Shown: positions 37,179 to 46,446 of the stretch, one piece after another
Numbering within the stretch: the first letter of the stretch is position 1
How the letters are laid out: each line of letters begins with the position of its first letter
Assembly: GCA_035352955.1 (NCBI GenBank)
Contig: DAOPYQ010000009.1
Location: 8,088-72,087 of the forward strand
Source of the DNA: Candidatus Omnitrophota bacterium
GTDB lineage: Bacteria > Omnitrophota > Omnitrophia > Omnitrophales > Aquincolibacteriaceae
Length of the DNA: 64,000 bases
Reading direction: 5' to 3'
Program-made: the position numbers and the translations under genes
Notes under the pieces: generated by a model
Databases searched by the model: none
Told to the model about the DNA's origin: nothing
The model's input: the letters and a program-made list of their open reading frames with translations, nothing else

Positions 37179-37204
37179 TTTTTCCTTTTTTTGTTTGGAT
37201 CTCT

Positions 37205-37906
37205 TCACGACACCGGCGCAAACGTTTTCATGTACCGCGTCGCGTTGGGTCCTTCATTAAAGATCAAGTCGAGAATGCTGACCTCGTGCGTAAAAGGACT
37301 GATGAGTTGATGATATTCCGGATAACCCGAATAGTCCATATAGGTCAGTCGAATGCCCGCCGCCGCAAAAAGTTCTTCCCGGAGATAATTTTTAGCCGCC
37401 GGCCCCGTAATGTATTCCCTGGTCCCGATCTTCGTACAGATCTCCACCAGCCGCGCCGAAGGGTCGCTTTCTTTCAGGTCATAATCGCCTGAACTTGATA
37501 GGACCGTCTTGACCCCCAAAATGTCATTAATGACGGTTATGAGCTTCAGGTTGATCGGGCTTAAGTATTCCTCCCGGAAGTCCCGATAGACCTTTTCGAA
37601 AAGATCCCGGTATTGCTTGAAGAAAGGCGCTTTAGCATAGGCCTGGGAGAGGGTCTTCCAGTGTTTCTTGGCCCAAAAAGGATCGGCCACTTTGGTGTCC
37701 TTGATCTTTTGATCAAGATGGGCCTGAATGACGGGAATGGTGATCCATTGAACGCCAACGGCAGTAACGATCTTGTTGCGGTTCCTCCAGTCGTTTTTCG
37801 TGTACTGAACGTCGTCGTACACCACGAAATGATCGGCCCTCCGAACCATGTCGAAGTACCCCTTCCAGGGGATGTAGTTGGATTGGATCACAACCGTTTT
37901 TGACAT
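37205..37906 (-). CDS. WbqC-like family protein (O-antigen/aminosugar pathway accessory protein)
   Basis: VVIQSNYIPWKGYFDMVRRADHFVVYDDVQYTKNDWRNRNKI matches the WbqC family N-terminal pattern. First gene of the co-directional sugar-modification string. Confidence 0.7.
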   Translation of the reverse strand: MSKTVVIQSNYIPWKGYFDMVRRADHFVVYDDVQYTKNDWRNRNKIVTAVGVQWITIPVIQAHLDQKIKDTKVADPFWAKKHWKTLSQAYAKAPFFKQYRDLFEKVYRDFREEYLSPINLKLITVINDILGVKTVLSSSGDYDLKESDPSARLVEICTKIGTREYITGPAAKNYLREELFAAAGIRLTYMDYSGYPEYHQLISPFTHEVSILDLIFNEGPNATRYMKTFAPVS

Positions 37907-38116
37907 CTGGGTATTCTAGCCCGCGAAACCGTTTTTTTTAAAGGAATAATACTCCGGAATGAAAAATCACGGACAGAAAAAAAGAGCCTTCACAAGAGCT
38001 GCCCAACAGGCCGACGGCTTACACAAAGGATCCCGCCAACTTGTTCCCGCCTGAGACGACCACCCGGGTCCTACCGTCAAAAAACGGCACTTCGGCAGAT
38101 AACCTTGGGGTGAGGC

Positions 38117-40012
38117 TCAGGTTTTTTTCAATTTTTCGAGAGCTTCCCACCGTTCATACATTTGGGCGAGCCCTGCAGAAAGGGCCTCCGCTTGCAGTTG
38201 AACGCGTGAGATCTCTTGCGGGTCTTTTTGATAAAATCCCGGCTCTGCCATCCTCTGATAGAGTTTCTCCTGTTCAGCCTCAGCGGCCTCGATCTTCTTG
38301 AGAAGCGTTGCCAACTCACGCTGTTCTTTCGCGGAAAAAGCCGGCGAAACCGGTGACGCCTGAACCCCGGAACCTTTCGAGGCGACCGGAGTTTTAGAGG
38401 CTCCCGCGGCGGGCCGCACGACACGCTGGCTCAACCAGTCGTCATACCCTCCCGGATATTCCCGGACCACTCCGTCAGCTTCAATGGCCATCGTAGAGGT
38501 AACTACATTATTCAGGAACGAGCGGTCGTGGCTGACCAAAAGGACCGTCCCCGGATATTCCACAAGAAGCTCTTCCAGAAGCTCCAGCGTTTCCACGTCC
38601 AGATCGTTGGTAGGCTCGTCCATAACTAACAGGTTCGCGGGTTTGGTGAAAAGTTTCGCGAGAAAAAGACGGTTGCGCTCTCCTCCCGAAAGAACCTTCA
38701 CCGGGGTCCTGGCGCGATCCGGCGAAAACAAGAAGTCCTGGAGGTACCCGATAATGTTCCTCGGTTTTCCGTTCACCATGACGGTATCGCCGGATTCGCA
38801 CACATTTTTCGCAACCGTCTGTTCTTCATCAAGTTGTTCCCGGAGCTGGTCATAATACGCGACCTGAAGCCCCGTCCCGAGATGAAGGGTCCCTTTTTGC
38901 GGCTCGATCTGCCCGAGCAGGAGCCGCAGCAGCGTCGTCTTTCCGCACCCGTTCGGACCGATCACCCCGATCTTGTCCCCTCGCATGATCTTGGTCGTGA
39001 AATCCCGGATCAGGATCTTCCCGTTGTAGCCGTGGGTCACATGATGCACTCTGGCGACCAGATGCCCGGAGGACGCAAGAGCCTGCGCTTTCATTTTCAC
39101 CGTGCCCATCGCCCGCCTCTCGGCACGTTTTTTTTCTCTCAGCCGTTGCAGCGCCACCACCCGCCCCTGATTCCGGGTCCGCCTGGCTTTGATCCCCTGC
39201 CGGATCCAGATCTCTTCCTGCTCCAGTTTCTTTTCGAAACGCGCGCGTTCGGCTTCTTCCGCGTCGAGCGCCATCTGCTTGCGCTCAAGAAAGGTCGGGT
39301 AATCGCACGCCCAGCTAAAAATCCTTCCCCGGTCAAGCTCCACGATCCGCGTCGCCAGATGCGTCATAAAAGTCCGGTCATGCGTCACAAAAAAAAGTGT
39401 ACCGGAATATCCTTTAAGGAATGCTTCGAGCCACTCGATCGCCTCGATGTCCAGATGATTGGTCGGTTCATCGAGGAGGAGGACCTCCGGCTTAAGCACA
39501 AGCGCCCGGGCGAGGAGCGCCCGCTTTTTTTGTCCCCCGGATAATTTTTCAAATTGGCTTTCCGGATCGAGCTTCACACGGGCGATCACCTCTTCGACCT
39601 CGCGGTTCATCTCCCAGGCCTGCGTGTGGTCCATTTCGGACTGCAGATCGCCGAGCTGTTTCATGAGCTGCTCGGAATATTCCGTCTGGAGGCGGTGGCT
39701 AACATGGTGATAATCGCTCAGGAGCTTTACGCGGTCCCCCAGCCCCGAAAGAACGAGATCGAAGACGTTCCCCGAAATTCCTGCCGGGACTTCCTGCGGC
39801 AAATGCGTCACACGAATCCCTCGCTGGTAAACGACCAGCCCGGAATCCGTCTTGAGCGTTCCGGCCATCACTTTCATCAGGGTGGTTTTGCCCGCCCCGT
39901 TCCGGCCAAGCAGCGCGACGCGCTCCCCCGGCTCAAGCTGGAGGTCCATGTGATCAAAAAGGGGCGGCCCTCCGTAAGCGAGCGTGATGTCCTGTAGGCT
40001 GATCAATGCCAT
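38117..40012 (-). CDS. uup: ABC-F family ATPase (Uup-like, two ABC domains plus C-terminal coiled-coil domain)
   Basis: Start set at MALISLQDITLAYGG (AAGGAA RBS 10 nt upstream). The ORF-track start adds 49 unsupported residues. Two Walker A motifs (GRNGAGKTT, GPNGCGKTT) and two signatures (LSGGQKKR, LSGGERNR). C-terminal coiled coil is typical of Uup. Confidence 0.85.
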   Translation of the reverse strand: MALISLQDITLAYGGPPLFDHMDLQLEPGERVALLGRNGAGKTTLMKVMAGTLKTDSGLVVYQRGIRVTHLPQEVPAGISGNVFDLVLSGLGDRVKLLSDYHHVSHRLQTEYSEQLMKQLGDLQSEMDHTQAWEMNREVEEVIARVKLDPESQFEKLSGGQKKRALLARALVLKPEVLLLDEPTNHLDIEAIEWLEAFLKGYSGTLFFVTHDRTFMTHLATRIVELDRGRIFSWACDYPTFLERKQMALDAEEAERARFEKKLEQEEIWIRQGIKARRTRNQGRVVALQRLREKKRAERRAMGTVKMKAQALASSGHLVARVHHVTHGYNGKILIRDFTTKIMRGDKIGVIGPNGCGKTTLLRLLLGQIEPQKGTLHLGTGLQVAYYDQLREQLDEEQTVAKNVCESGDTVMVNGKPRNIIGYLQDFLFSPDRARTPVKVLSGGERNRLFLAKLFTKPANLLVMDEPTNDLDVETLELLEELLVEYPGTVLLVSHDRSFLNNVVTSTMAIEADGVVREYPGGYDDWLSQRVVRPAAGASKTPVASKGSGVQASPVSPAFSAKEQRELATLLKKIEAAEAEQEKLYQRMAEPGFYQKDPQEISRVQLQAEALSAGLAQMYERWEALEKLKKT

Positions 40013-40037
40013 GGGTTGGTTTCCTTTTTTATAAAAT

Positions 40038-41357
40038 TCAGATCTCGAGGCATTCGCCGTCCGCAAGGCAACGAACCCTGTTCCCGAAATGCTCGCGGAA
40101 GTCTTCCGGATGAACGGTGTGGATCGGGACAAGCGCATCCGGATCGACGGCCTTCGCAAACCTTTTAAGGTCGGGAAGGATCGCTAAACCGCTCGCGTGC
40201 ATTTCCTTGAGCGCGATATCATGCCGGTCCAAAAAAGCCTGCGTCCTCTCAAAAGAGGGTTCCATCGTATACTGGTTCCAGACGAAGTAAAAAAGTGCTG
40301 ACCCTTTCGGGATCCCCACAGCCTCGAACTCGTGCGCGGCGCTGTCGCGGAACATCACAAAAGCTTTCCGGGCGGCCCGCTGCAAAGCGCTCGTGCCGAT
40401 CTCATAAGGCCTCCAGCGCTCATACCAGTGCCGCAGGTGCCGTTCCGCAAGCTTCTTCATAAAATGATTCGTAAAAAGCACCTTCACGTCCTTAAATCCG
40501 TTCGTCGGCACCGGCAGGTCTTTACGATCGAGCTCGCAAAGAACGTTCGCGGCATAAAGATCGAGAACAAAGATCGCGCCGCATCTTTTAGCCGCCTTGT
40601 AAAAAGTCACGAGCCGATCGACGTGTTGTCCAGAACAAATGAAAAGTTTCATGCCGTCACATACGCGGGCCGCGCTCGCGATCTCAAGCTCGAGTTTCTC
40701 TTCGGTCGGCGTGTCCTCGTCCTGCCGGCCCGTCACGGTCCCTTCCATCAAGAGAACGTTTACGCCTGAAACCGGCTCGCCGACAAACCTCTCCAGAAGT
40801 GATTTTTTTCGGCCCTGCCCCCGGAAATCCCCGGCATAAAAAACTTTTTTTCCTTCCGCCTCTACGAGAAACGCCATCGCCCCGTACGCGGAAGGATCGA
40901 CCGGGAAAGGCGTGACCTTCATATCTCCGATTTCGACAGGCGCGCTTCGGTCTTCCAGCAGGACCTTCTTCTCATAAAGCCCCGGTCTGTCTCCGAGGAA
41001 CACCTCCGCGGCTTTCAGCATCGGCTCGGCATCCGCCCCAAGATAAAGCGGAACGTCCCTCCGGATATACTGAAACAGGCCGTAGTGATCCTGGTGAGAA
41101 TGGGATAACAGAACCGCATCGACCGGCTTTTCGTCCCCCAGCCCCCAATACAAACCGGAAACGTGCGGCAAAATACCCTCCCGGACCAGCTCGGGAACGG
41201 TTTTTCCGTGGAGGGAAAAATTCTTGTGCCTCTTTTTTTGATCGCGTGGATCGGTCGCCCGCGTCACGAGGTCGATGATGATCCGGGCATGCTCCGTAAA
41301 AAGCTCAACGCACGTCCCGCCGACCTCATGCGTGCCCCGGTGAATGATAAGCTGCAT
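40038..41357 (-). CDS. Metallo-beta-lactamase fold hydrolase with beta-CASP-like C-terminal region (RNase J/CPSF-like)
   Basis: HxHxDH motif LLSHSHQDHYG. Downstream Asp/His ligands. C-terminal MHASGLA...VPIHTVHPE resembles the beta-CASP HxSGH ... PxHGE motifs of RNase J. Confidence 0.7.
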   Translation of the reverse strand: MQLIIHRGTHEVGGTCVELFTEHARIIIDLVTRATDPRDQKKRHKNFSLHGKTVPELVREGILPHVSGLYWGLGDEKPVDAVLLSHSHQDHYGLFQYIRRDVPLYLGADAEPMLKAAEVFLGDRPGLYEKKVLLEDRSAPVEIGDMKVTPFPVDPSAYGAMAFLVEAEGKKVFYAGDFRGQGRKKSLLERFVGEPVSGVNVLLMEGTVTGRQDEDTPTEEKLELEIASAARVCDGMKLFICSGQHVDRLVTFYKAAKRCGAIFVLDLYAANVLCELDRKDLPVPTNGFKDVKVLFTNHFMKKLAERHLRHWYERWRPYEIGTSALQRAARKAFVMFRDSAAHEFEAVGIPKGSALFYFVWNQYTMEPSFERTQAFLDRHDIALKEMHASGLAILPDLKRFAKAVDPDALVPIHTVHPEDFREHFGNRVRCLADGECLEI

Positions 41358-41378
41358 GGCCTGAAAGCTGTCCCTTTC

Positions 41379-41882
41379 TTATTCGCTAAAATCCCACTCG
41401 ACGATCCTGAAGCAGTCCGGGGCGATCCCCAGATTGATCGCGGCTTCCAGCCATTCGAGCTGGATATTTTTCAGAACCTCTCCGATGCGGTGCCGGGATT
41501 CAATGAACCGGGTCTGCCCCTGGGCATCCCACACAAGCACGTCCCAGCAGCCGTTAAAATTTCCGGCCTTTTTTTTAATCGCGTTAAAAAGTTCCTGCTG
41601 GGCCGGCGGCAAAGAGATCGGCTCCCGATAGGCCGGAAGGTCGGGCCTGAATTTTCTCCGGTAGGTATCGACCCAAACGCCCTGCCATCCGTCGGCTTCC
41701 CATAAACGAAGGATCGCAAGCTCGGGAAAAGACGGCTTCCCGTCGAGATCGATCACAGGTTTACCGCCATAAGTATCGCGCGGGGTGATGCCGGTCCACG
41801 GTTTGAGCCGGAGAAAACATTTTCCGATCTCCACGCACTTCCCGGAAGAAAGCTGGATCTTTTCTGTCGTTTCGACGTTCAC
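41379..41882 (-). CDS. Hypothetical protein (167 aa)
   Basis: No confident family. NGCWDVLVWDAQGQTRFIESRHR could be a degenerate D...ExK-type nuclease motif, which is speculative. ATGA overlap with the upstream small gene. Confidence 0.5.
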   Translation of the reverse strand: MNVETTEKIQLSSGKCVEIGKCFLRLKPWTGITPRDTYGGKPVIDLDGKPSFPELAILRLWEADGWQGVWVDTYRRKFRPDLPAYREPISLPPAQQELFNAIKKKAGNFNGCWDVLVWDAQGQTRFIESRHRIGEVLKNIQLEWLEAAINLGIAPDCFRIVEWDFSE

Positions 41883-42097
41883 GCGTTCCCTTTTTCCCGG
41901 TCCTGTTTTCCGGTTTTACACGCATCCCCGCGACAACAACAACCGGGCATCAATGTTTTAAAGATGATGACGACACCAAGCGCCGTCAGGGCGATGGCAG
42001 ACCAAGATGATTGCCACCAGGCAAACACGATCACAAGTGCTCCTACGAGCACGGTGCAACAGCAAGGCTTTGGTTTTGCTTCTTTTTGTTCGTCCAC
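41879..42097 (-). CDS. Small single-TM protein with two Cys clusters (PCCC...GCCCRGDAC)
   Basis: 72 aa: MDEQKEAKPKPCCCTVLVGALVIVFAWWQSSWSAIALTALGVVIIFKTLMPGCCCRGDACKTGKQDREKGNA. Hydrophobic core flanked by CCC motifs. Translationally coupled to the next gene. Confidence 0.45.
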   Translation of the reverse strand: MDEQKEAKPKPCCCTVLVGALVIVFAWWQSSWSAIALTALGVVIIFKTLMPGCCCRGDACKTGKQDREKGNA

Positions 42098-42201
42098 GGT
42101 GCGCCTCCTTCGTTGGTTTCGGTGTGCCGTTCTGCCGCTTCAGAATTCGGAATGTGCGGGAATTATAGCAAATCCCGGCGCCCGCTATGCAGAGATCGTT
42201 C

Positions 42202-43347
42202 TCAGGACAGGGCTTGGAGAGCCGTCAGAAGGACCCGGATGTCTTGGGAAGTATGCGAGGCCGATACAGTAATACGAAGCCGGGCCTTGCCTTTGGGGAC
42301 GGTCGGAAAACGAACGGCCGGAATAAAAAGTCCTTCGGATAAAAGTTTCTCGAAAGCGACAAGCGCTTTTTTCTCATCGCCAAGAATGACCGGAAGAATG
42401 GCGGACTCCGCCGGCCCGGCAACGAACCCTCCGGCCTTCAACCCTGACTCAACCGCGCGGATATTCTCCCAGAGCTTTTGCCGGATCGCGGGTTCTTCTT
42501 CGATCACGCAGAAGGCTTCGCGCGCAGCCTCGCAAAGGACCGGGGGTAGCGCTGTCGCAAAAATAAAAGGACGGGCGAGATTTACAAGATAGTCTGTCAG
42601 GATCTTGTCCGCAGCGACAAATCCGCCCAGGCCACCGACCGCCTTCGAAAGCGTTCCCATAATGATGTCGATCCCGGGCGAAAAGCCTTCCGTCGCGCCG
42701 CGACCGTTCGCCCCGAGAACGCCGGTGCCGTGTGCGTCATCGACCATAAGCAGCGCGCCGTATTTTTCCTTCAGTCTCACCAGCTCCTTCAGGTCCGCAA
42801 GGTCCCCATCCATGCTAAAAACGGTTTCGGTCACAAGGATCTTCCGCCGCGCGCCGTTGTGCGTCTTCAGAATCTCTTCGCATTTTTTGTAGTTCTTGTG
42901 GGGAAAAACCCGAAGCTCCGTTTTCGCAAGACGTGCTCCGTCGACTAGCGAAGCGTGACAAAGTTTGTCCATAATGACGACGTCTTTTTCACCGGCAAAT
43001 GCCGTCAAGATGCCGAGGTTGGCGAGAAAGCCGGTCGCAAAAACAAGCGCGCTCTCTTTGCCTTTGAATTGCGCGATCTTTTCCTCAAGCGCCCGGTGAA
43101 CGGTAGAGGTCCCGGAAATAAGACGCGCGGCGCCGGCACCGACGCCATATTCTTCAAGGGCCTTTTGCGCCGCTTTTACGACGCGGGGATGGCGGCTCAG
43201 CCCGAGGTAATCGTTCCCGCAAAAAAGCAGGAGTTCGCGCCCGTCAAACGAGGCCCGCGTCCCTTCATGATCTTCCAGGACGCGGAGCTTGCGATAAAGA
43301 TTTTGCGCCGCGAGATTTTCGAGTTCCTTCTGAAAGGTTTTCAGCAT
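42202..43347 (-). CDS. bioF: 8-amino-7-oxononanoate synthase (alpha-oxoamine synthase family)
   Basis: GNDYLGLSRHP. Class II aminotransferase PLP region TFSMDGD...K. Placement in a string with bioB supports BioF rather than another KBL-type enzyme. Confidence 0.8.
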   Translation of the reverse strand: MLKTFQKELENLAAQNLYRKLRVLEDHEGTRASFDGRELLLFCGNDYLGLSRHPRVVKAAQKALEEYGVGAGAARLISGTSTVHRALEEKIAQFKGKESALVFATGFLANLGILTAFAGEKDVVIMDKLCHASLVDGARLAKTELRVFPHKNYKKCEEILKTHNGARRKILVTETVFSMDGDLADLKELVRLKEKYGALLMVDDAHGTGVLGANGRGATEGFSPGIDIIMGTLSKAVGGLGGFVAADKILTDYLVNLARPFIFATALPPVLCEAAREAFCVIEEEPAIRQKLWENIRAVESGLKAGGFVAGPAESAILPVILGDEKKALVAFEKLLSEGLFIPAVRFPTVPKGKARLRITVSASHTSQDIRVLLTALQALS

Positions 43348-43393
43348 TCCGCTCCTTTTTGCCGCTTGTTCTAACGCGCGGGTCGTGCCCGGA

Positions 43394-44605
43394 TTAAATT
43401 TTTCGAAAAGCGATGGCTTTGACCTGCCCGCCGAATCCCAAAGAAATCTTCACGGCGGTGCGGACCGAATGCTCCCGCATCTTCCTGGGCGTGTAATCCA
43501 GATCGCACTGGGGATCTTTTTCCTCGAGACCCACGGTCGGGGGAATAAAGCCCTCTTGCATCGCGAGCAAGGTCGCGATGATCTCAACGGCCCCCGTCGC
43601 GCCGAGCATATGACCGGTCATCCCTTTGGTCGAACTCATCGGGATCCTGTACGCGCCTTTTCCGAAAGCTTCTTTGATCTCGAGCGTTTCGTAAAGATCG
43701 CCCTGCTTTGTCCCGGTGCCGTGAAGACTAATGTAATCGATCTCTTTCGGGGTAAGGCTCGCCCTTTCCATCAAAACCTTAAGCGTATAAGACAGGGCGT
43801 GGTCTTTCAGATCGAAATGGATCGGGTGCGTCACGTCCTGCCCCTGTGCCGATTCAAGGATCTCGCCGTAAATCCTTATCCCGCGAGCCTTTGCGCTCTC
43901 CAGCGTCTCGAGAAAAAGAACGCCCGCGCCATCGCCGACCAGAAAACCGTCGCGCCTTTTGTCAAAAGGACGGATCACGTTCTTTGCGAGAGCCTTCATA
44001 TTATAATAACCGGCAAGCATCAGCGGCGTGATCGAGGCGTCCGTCGCGCCCGCAAGGCAATACTCCGCGGCCCCCTCCGAAACCACGCGAAACCCCGCGA
44101 TCAGGGCCGCGGCCCCGGTCGCGCACGCCGCGACATAGCAACGGGCCGGTCCCCGGATCTTCATGCGCCGGGCGATCCACTGGTCCGCAAAATTCGGGAC
44201 CGCGCTCGTGTACATCCTCGCGCCCATGATCGCGCTGGGATGCCGGAGAAACCGCTCTTGGAACCGGTCGAGGGTACATACGCCCCCTTTGGAGGAGCTC
44301 ACGGAAAGACCGACCGAGTAGGGATCAACGGAGGTTAGATCAAAATGCGCGTCAGCAACCGCTTGCTCCGCCGCATCGACCGCGTACTGGATAAGGGGGT
44401 CGAGAAGATGCGTGCCATGCCTTTTAGGATTGAAATTCTTAACGCGGAAAACGGGCGGAAGCTTGCGCCCGTCGATCACCGGAAAGCCTTCGGAATCTTT
44501 TCCGCAAGTCCCCTTCTTGAGGTTCTCCCGAAAGGTCGCGAGATCGTTCCCGATCGGCGAAATCACTCCCATTCCGGTGATAACAACACGCCGTTTCATA
44601 AGCAC
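43394..44605 (-). CDS. fabF: 3-oxoacyl-ACP synthase II
   Basis: VVITGMGVISPIGN. Active-site Cys region AACATGAAAL. His-His region HGTGT..GD. Confidence 0.9.
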   Translation of the reverse strand: MLMKRRVVITGMGVISPIGNDLATFRENLKKGTCGKDSEGFPVIDGRKLPPVFRVKNFNPKRHGTHLLDPLIQYAVDAAEQAVADAHFDLTSVDPYSVGLSVSSSKGGVCTLDRFQERFLRHPSAIMGARMYTSAVPNFADQWIARRMKIRGPARCYVAACATGAAALIAGFRVVSEGAAEYCLAGATDASITPLMLAGYYNMKALAKNVIRPFDKRRDGFLVGDGAGVLFLETLESAKARGIRIYGEILESAQGQDVTHPIHFDLKDHALSYTLKVLMERASLTPKEIDYISLHGTGTKQGDLYETLEIKEAFGKGAYRIPMSSTKGMTGHMLGATGAVEIIATLLAMQEGFIPPTVGLEEKDPQCDLDYTPRKMREHSVRTAVKISLGFGGQVKAIAFRKI

Positions 44606-44652
44606 TGTATGTCTCCGTTCACTTGAAGCGGGTAAAGGGGTCCGATTCTACC

Positions 44653-45381
44653 TTATAGGGGACGCGATTCAAAATGAAAGACTTGCCCCGTCACCTGGCG
44701 CATCAGATCCGACGACAGATAGACAAGAAAGTCCGCCACTTCTTCGGGATCGGAAAAACTTTTCAGCGGGCTCATTTCCAGATTCTTCTGCAGGATCTCT
44801 TCCGGAATCGCGGCGGTCATGGACGATTTCATGAATCCCGGATTTACGGCGTTCACGAGAATTTTTTTCCGCCCGAGCTCCTTGGCAAGGCTCTTCGTCA
44901 TCGCGATTAACCCGCCCTTGGACGCTGCGTAATTCGCCGCCCCGTAAAGGCCCGAGAGACCGGCCCGGCTCACGATCGTAAAGATCTTGCTCGGCGTCTT
45001 CCTTAAAAGAGCGGGCAAAAGTTGTTTGGTAAGATAAAAAGGGGCTTTGAGATTCACGGTCATGACGCGGTCCCATTCTTTTTCCGGCATTTTTTCAATC
45101 AAAAAATCGGAGGTCATGGCGGCATTGTGGATAAGAACGTCGAGCCGTTCGTTCTTTGCTTTGAATGCACCAGCAAATTCGTCCATGGTTTTTGCGCTGG
45201 AAAAATCCACCATGCTTCCGCGCGCGCCAAGGAGCTCCAGTTGGCGGGCCGTTTCTTCATCGGCGAAATAGGTAAAAAAAACATGGGCGCCATGCTGAAC
45301 GGCTTTCCGGACAAAGGCCTGCCCGAGACGGCTCGTTCCGCCGGTGATAAGGATCGTTTTATCTTTAAGGAAAGATTCCAA
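44653..45381 (-). CDS. fabG: 3-oxoacyl-ACP reductase (SDR family)
   Basis: TGGTSRLGQAF Rossmann motif. YxxxK (YAASKGG). NAAMT. Confidence 0.8.
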   Translation of the reverse strand: MESFLKDKTILITGGTSRLGQAFVRKAVQHGAHVFFTYFADEETARQLELLGARGSMVDFSSAKTMDEFAGAFKAKNERLDVLIHNAAMTSDFLIEKMPEKEWDRVMTVNLKAPFYLTKQLLPALLRKTPSKIFTIVSRAGLSGLYGAANYAASKGGLIAMTKSLAKELGRKKILVNAVNPGFMKSSMTAAIPEEILQKNLEMSPLKSFSDPEEVADFLVYLSSDLMRQVTGQVFHFESRPL

Positions 45382-45384
45382 GGT

Positions 45385-46422
45385 TCAGCAGGTCGCCGGG
45401 GAAGTTCCGGCTTCGGCACAGCAAAGGTGCGCGGACTCGATAACGGGGGCGTTATAGCCGCAGCGCTTCAGCATTTCGATGTCTTCGCGAAGCGGGTTGC
45501 CGCCTGTCGTAAGATAGCCGCCGACCACAAGACCGTTGGCGCCACCGCGCAAGGCTTTTTCCTGAAAATAAAGTCCGAGATTCAGTTCACGACCTCCGGC
45601 AAGCTTGATGTTCGCTTGGGGGTGAATAAAACGGAAAACGGCGACTGCCTTGACGACTTCGGCCGGGTCGATCGGAAGACGCCCCTCAAGTGGCGTTCCG
45701 GGGCGCGGGTTGAGAATGTTGACCGGGAGGCAGTGGAGCTCGTATTTTTTCAGCTCGAGGGCGAATTGCACGCGATCTTCCCACGTCTCTCCCATCCCGA
45801 GGATCCCGCCGGAACAAAGCTCCACGCCGTTCTCACGTAAAAAATCCAACGTTTCGGCGCGTTTGTCATACGTATGCGTCGACACGATCTCCGGATAAAA
45901 CTCACGCGAGCATTGTAAGTTGTGATTGAAACGACGCATCCCCGCGTCCCGCAGCAGACGAATCTGGTCCGCGGTAAGGTTGCCGAGCGACCCGTCAAGA
46001 TAAAGCGACGTCTCCGCCTTCAGGAGCCGGAACGTTTCAAGAACTTGCGCAAACTCCGCATCGTTCAACGTCTCGCCGCTGGTCACCACGCAAAAACTCT
46101 GAATACCGTTCGTTTCACAGCGCTTCGCCTGCTCAAGGACCTCGCTCGGTTTCATCAGCGGGTAACGCTTGACGCCGGTTTTGTAATGAGACGACTGAGA
46201 GCAGAACCCGCAATCCTGGGAACAAAGATAGCTCTTCGCATTAACGAGGGAGCAGAGATCCGGTTTGGTGGAGCGGAAATGACACGTGATCGCGTGCGCA
46301 GACTCGAGAAGAAAATCGATTTGTTCGGGGTCCTCGAGGGTTATAAGCCGGACGGCCTCATGGTAAGCGATTGCGCCCCCGGAAAGAACCCTGTCCTTCA
46401 GTCCCTGGATAAAAGCCTTCAT
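45385..46422 (-). CDS. bioB: Biotin synthase (radical SAM)
   Basis: CxxxCxxC radical-SAM cluster CSQDCGFCSQ. BioB-type second cluster residues. 345 aa. Confidence 0.9.
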   Translation of the reverse strand: MKAFIQGLKDRVLSGGAIAYHEAVRLITLEDPEQIDFLLESAHAITCHFRSTKPDLCSLVNAKSYLCSQDCGFCSQSSHYKTGVKRYPLMKPSEVLEQAKRCETNGIQSFCVVTSGETLNDAEFAQVLETFRLLKAETSLYLDGSLGNLTADQIRLLRDAGMRRFNHNLQCSREFYPEIVSTHTYDKRAETLDFLRENGVELCSGGILGMGETWEDRVQFALELKKYELHCLPVNILNPRPGTPLEGRLPIDPAEVVKAVAVFRFIHPQANIKLAGGRELNLGLYFQEKALRGGANGLVVGGYLTTGGNPLREDIEMLKRCGYNAPVIESAHLCCAEAGTSPATC

Positions 46423-46446
46423 GGTCCGTTCAAGTCCCCCGGCGAA

